The notes beneath the pieces are model-generated. The model had not been told where the DNA came from. It was given only the letters and a program-made list of their open reading frames with translations, and did no database searches. The position numbers and the translations under genes were made by a program. This document shows positions 35,545-38,993 of a stretch of 38,993 bases of DNA, piece by piece. The stretch's first letter is position 1. Every line of letters starts with the position of its first letter. Source of the DNA: Octopus bimaculoides (taxonomy: Eukaryota); the NCBI RefSeq assembly GCF_001194135.2, contig NC_068982.1, positions 112,933,474 to 112,972,466 on the forward strand. The letters are read 5' to 3'.

Positions 35545-35560
35545 GAGAGAGAGTGTGTGC

Positions 35561-35613
<53 letters not shown>

Positions 35614-35645
35614 AGAGCTGGAGAGAGCGAGAGAGAAAGAGAGAA
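35545..35645. repeat. (GT)n(GA)n microsatellite
   Basis: Direct read. Confidence 0.93.
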
Positions 35646-36220
35646 TGTACAAGCTGCCTGGGGCATTCAGATAATATTATTTGGTTGATGTCGACATTGT
35701 TCAATGAAATTGTAAGAGTATTTCTAAATTTCATTTTCACTAAAGAATTCCTTCCTGTTTTTACAAAGTACAATTTGATTTCAAAGTTATTCTTCTCGCG
35801 TAATACCAGATAGGCAGCCAAGCTGGGAGACTACTTTCCAAGGTTTTTAGTCTATCATTTCTATATGACAGTTATATTTTCTAGTTTCCTTTTTATTTAA
35901 TCAATATTTTATGATAAAGCTAAGTTACGGTGAGTGAAACAACACAAATTTTATACCAGTAAAATGTGAACATTGACACAGAGTTGTAAATACACACATA
36001 TATTTATGTATGCGTATGCACACAAATTTTCTTTCAAGCATTTTACATAGAAGACTTTACTGTCTTACATTGTACACTTTTTTAATGATTTTTCTTCATA
36101 TTTCCTTAATATTCCTGAATGTTTAATCTAGAAGAGGCGATTTAAAGTTTTAAGAAATCCGAGATTTCATCATTTATATGAAGTTATGGGGAAGGCGCAT
36201 CGTTGCTCTGAGTTTAGTGA

Positions 36221-37327
36221 GAGTGCGGGGAAAAAGACACCAAGGACAAAAGGCCCACGGACAAAAGCCCTCGGACAAAAGTCCAACGGTTATATTTTTC
36301 GATTATTTTTCGTTTTTTACATCTTTTACTTGTTTCCGTTATTAGACCGTGGCCATCCTGGAGCACCATCTTGAAGAATCTTTAGTTAAATGTATCAACG
36401 CCAGAATTTTTATTTTTACTCGTTGCAGTTATTAGACTGCGACCATGCTGGGGCACGACCTTGAATTTTTAGTCGAATGTAAAGACCCCAGAATGTTTTT
36501 TTAAATGATTTTCAACCAGCGCATGAAGTTAAGCCTAGAAAGTATCTCAACAGGCTAGAAATAATAGCAAAATCCCTTGATCACTTTTTATAACCCCCTT
36601 TTCGTGGCTACTCTTCGTTTTTGTTTATTTTCTAAAAAAACTTTTTACTTATTTCAGTCATTGGACTGCGGCCATGCTGTAGCTTGAAGAATTTTTAGTC
36701 GCCAAAAATCAGCGTTTTGAAAAATATATTTAAAGTCTTTTGTTTTCTTCTCTCAGCACTTACAGTTTAATGAGGATAAGCTGACCTTTTGAACTTTTAC
36801 AACTGCGATATCCGTTTTTGTTTATGTGAAATTGTAAAAAGAAAAATTAAAGATCTAGCTATTTTATCTAGCATATGGAGAGACCTCCTAGGCTTAACTT
36901 CATGCACTGGTTGAAAATCATTTACAAAAAATCTGGGGTAGATACATTCGACAAAAATTCTCTAAAGTGGTGCCCCTGCATGGCCGCAATCTAATGACTG
37001 CAACAAGTAAAATGAAAACAAAACCAAATATATAACAAAAGTGGTTTTGATGAGGTTTAAAAAAAAAAATTCTGCGTTCCATACAGTCATCTAAAAATTC
37101 TTCAAGGTGTCGTCCCATCATAGCCGGCCGCAGTCTAATAACTGCAACAAGTTAAAAAGAAAACATACTTGAATTGATACGTTTAACAAAAAATTTTAAT
37201 TAACTAAATATAACCAAAAAGTGCAACCGTGGGACTTTTGATCTAAGGGCTTTTGTCCACTTCCACACCTTAACTATGGGGCTTTTTCCGAGGGGATCTT
37301 GTCCTAAGGGGCTTTTGTCCGGATTCC
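36221..37327. mobile_element. Foldback (probably MULE-type) element B, single-unit copy with degenerate 9-bp TSD
   Basis: TIRs with GGACAAAAGCCC subrepeats at 36221-36290 and 37225-37327. Flanks GTTTAGTGA (36212-36220) and ATTTAATGA (37328-37336) match 7/9. Interior modules as in element A, with about 360 bp of the core missing. Confidence 0.85.
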
Positions 37328-37894
37328 ATTTAATGAACAGCCAGCGATCATGGGACTGACGTTGTAAATGACAAAATAACCATTGTCGTTGGCTTACGAA
37401 TTGTTTAACGGTCAATTCCACTTATTTTGAGTTTTGGTGTATATTTTGTTCTTAACGAAGTTCCTGTTGCTAATCTTCGTAAACAGAAACCTAACCGTAA
37501 ACTTACAATATATTTTCATAAATAAATCCTGTCACACGTGGAAAAACTCTCAATAACAGTAAGCTTCTTCTTAAAAGTTAATGACCGTACTTCATACAGT
37601 TTGTATAATATAAAAAGTTGAACACAAACTAGTAATTTATGACTTGCACACAAGTCAAGTACTTACTCATCGGTTAACGATGCATTTATTACAAGGAGCT
37701 ATTTCAGAACCTTATAATAGAGGACATCAAAGAAAACTAAATTTTGAGAAATTCATTGATTAGAAGCACTAAAAGTTATGAAGCCTTGATAATGGCTAAA
37801 CAACAATCTAGTTATCAATATACAGACACCGCGCACGCGAAATAAATTGTGGAAGTAATTTGGGGTTGATCGTTTCGCTGTTTTATATCCACCG

Positions 37895-37993
37895 ATGATC
37901 AGGCTTAAAAAAATTCTGCGTTCCATACAGTCATCTAAAAATTCTTCAAGGTGGTGTCCATCATGGCCAGCTGCAGTCTAATAACTGCAACAA
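37895..37993. repeat. Orphan copy of an internal foldback module (37060-37150) outside element B
   Basis: Shares AAAAAAATTCTGCGTTCCATACAGTCATCTAAAAATTCTTCAAGGTG exactly with 37060-37110. Confidence 0.8.
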
Positions 37994-38754
37994 TATTTAT
38001 CCTTCTTTATCTCTGACGTTTTCCGTTATATAAATTATTATCTGTATTCTTCGATTGCAAATAGTCTTTCCCAAATAAAGTTGAACTGATGGAATATGCA
38101 TTTGCGAACGAAATAAAGCTAATACGCAATAAAAAGTAACCAGAAGTACAATCTACAATCTGTAAACATCTTTTCTTTTATGACATTTAGTGGAAGATTC
38201 TCCTTCATTGATTTTTTGTAGACGTCACCTCGATTTTAAAACAAAATGAGACTAATACAATTTTCTGTCGTATTTAGCAAGCTAAAATGCTATGTGATGG
38301 TCCACTAACTCCATGTCAGCTCGAATATTAGACTAAGAGGTATATCTTCTATACGCTACTAACCCTTTTCTTTTGGTACTGCTTTAGACTAAAACTTGAA
38401 TTATGTGATTTAAAAAATTACACTTCTGAGAGATTATCTCGCCACATTCTTCAAATGTATGCAGATTACAAAAGTAATTCAATAAAAATGATAAACATGT
38501 GTATGAATTTTGTTTACCTCAATCGGAGTACACAATATAAATACCTCAACCCAGAAATATAGAATTACATTGTGAGACTTCGTTTTACAGATTCAAGATT
38601 CTAATGATTGAAGGTCGATTTTTTTTTTTTTTGTCACCGAAGAGAGAAAATAATACTTAAAGGATATCTCTTCGATCGAATTCAAACAAATTGCTGTGAT
38701 ATCTTTATATCAGGAATGAATATTCTTCAATGAATATTTTTATACTTTTATTCC

Positions 38755-38955
38755 TTTTATTCTTTTACTTGTTTCAGTCATTTGACTGCAGCCATGCTGG
38801 GACACCGCATTTAGTCGAGCAAATCGACCCTAGGATTTATTATTTGTAAGCCTATCTTCTTCTGTCAGTCTTTTGAGCCGAACCGCTAAGTTACGGAAAC
38901 GGAAATGAACCAGCATCGGTTGTCAAGAGATGCTGGTGGTGGTGGTGGGGAAACA

Positions 38956-38993
<38 letters not shown>
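38755..38993 (-). mobile_element. 3' half of the bipartite SINE, running into (AC)n at the window end
   Basis: TTTTACTTGTTTCAGTCATTTGACTGCAGCCATGCTGGGACACCGCATTTAGTCGAGCAAATCGACC... Confidence 0.9.

Overview
Eukaryotic, very AT-rich non-genic or intronic DNA from a gapped draft assembly (four N gaps). The SINE families and dense (AAT)n/(AC)n/(TACA)n microsatellites look cephalopod, most likely Octopus; this comes from recall of repeat families, not a search. No intact protein-coding gene is visible, and most listed ORFs are microsatellite or N artefacts or decayed transposon pieces. Contents: five fragments of R4/Dong-clade non-LTR retrotransposons, one truncated IS630/Tc1/mariner transposase, three Penelope-like fragments (two carrying hammerhead-ribozyme-like motifs), and about ten tRNA-derived SINEs or SINE fragments. 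There is also a foldback, probably MULE-type, DNA-element family whose long inverted repeats are built from SINE 3' tails. It occurs as a simple 1.1-kb copy (36221-37327) and a 4.66-kb copy triplicated in alternating orientation (26736-31392) that holds an internal LINE RT fragment. A 1.2-kb four-arm inverted-repeat block (23229-24447) consists of two cassettes with unrelated interiors that share an overlapping junction. Two well-formed plus-strand microexon candidates (6 nt at 32270-32275, 5 nt at 33797-33801) in a TE-free zone suggest the window lies inside a long intron of an unidentified plus-strand gene. Element boundaries are hand-estimated and may be off by tens of bases unless a junction is quoted.
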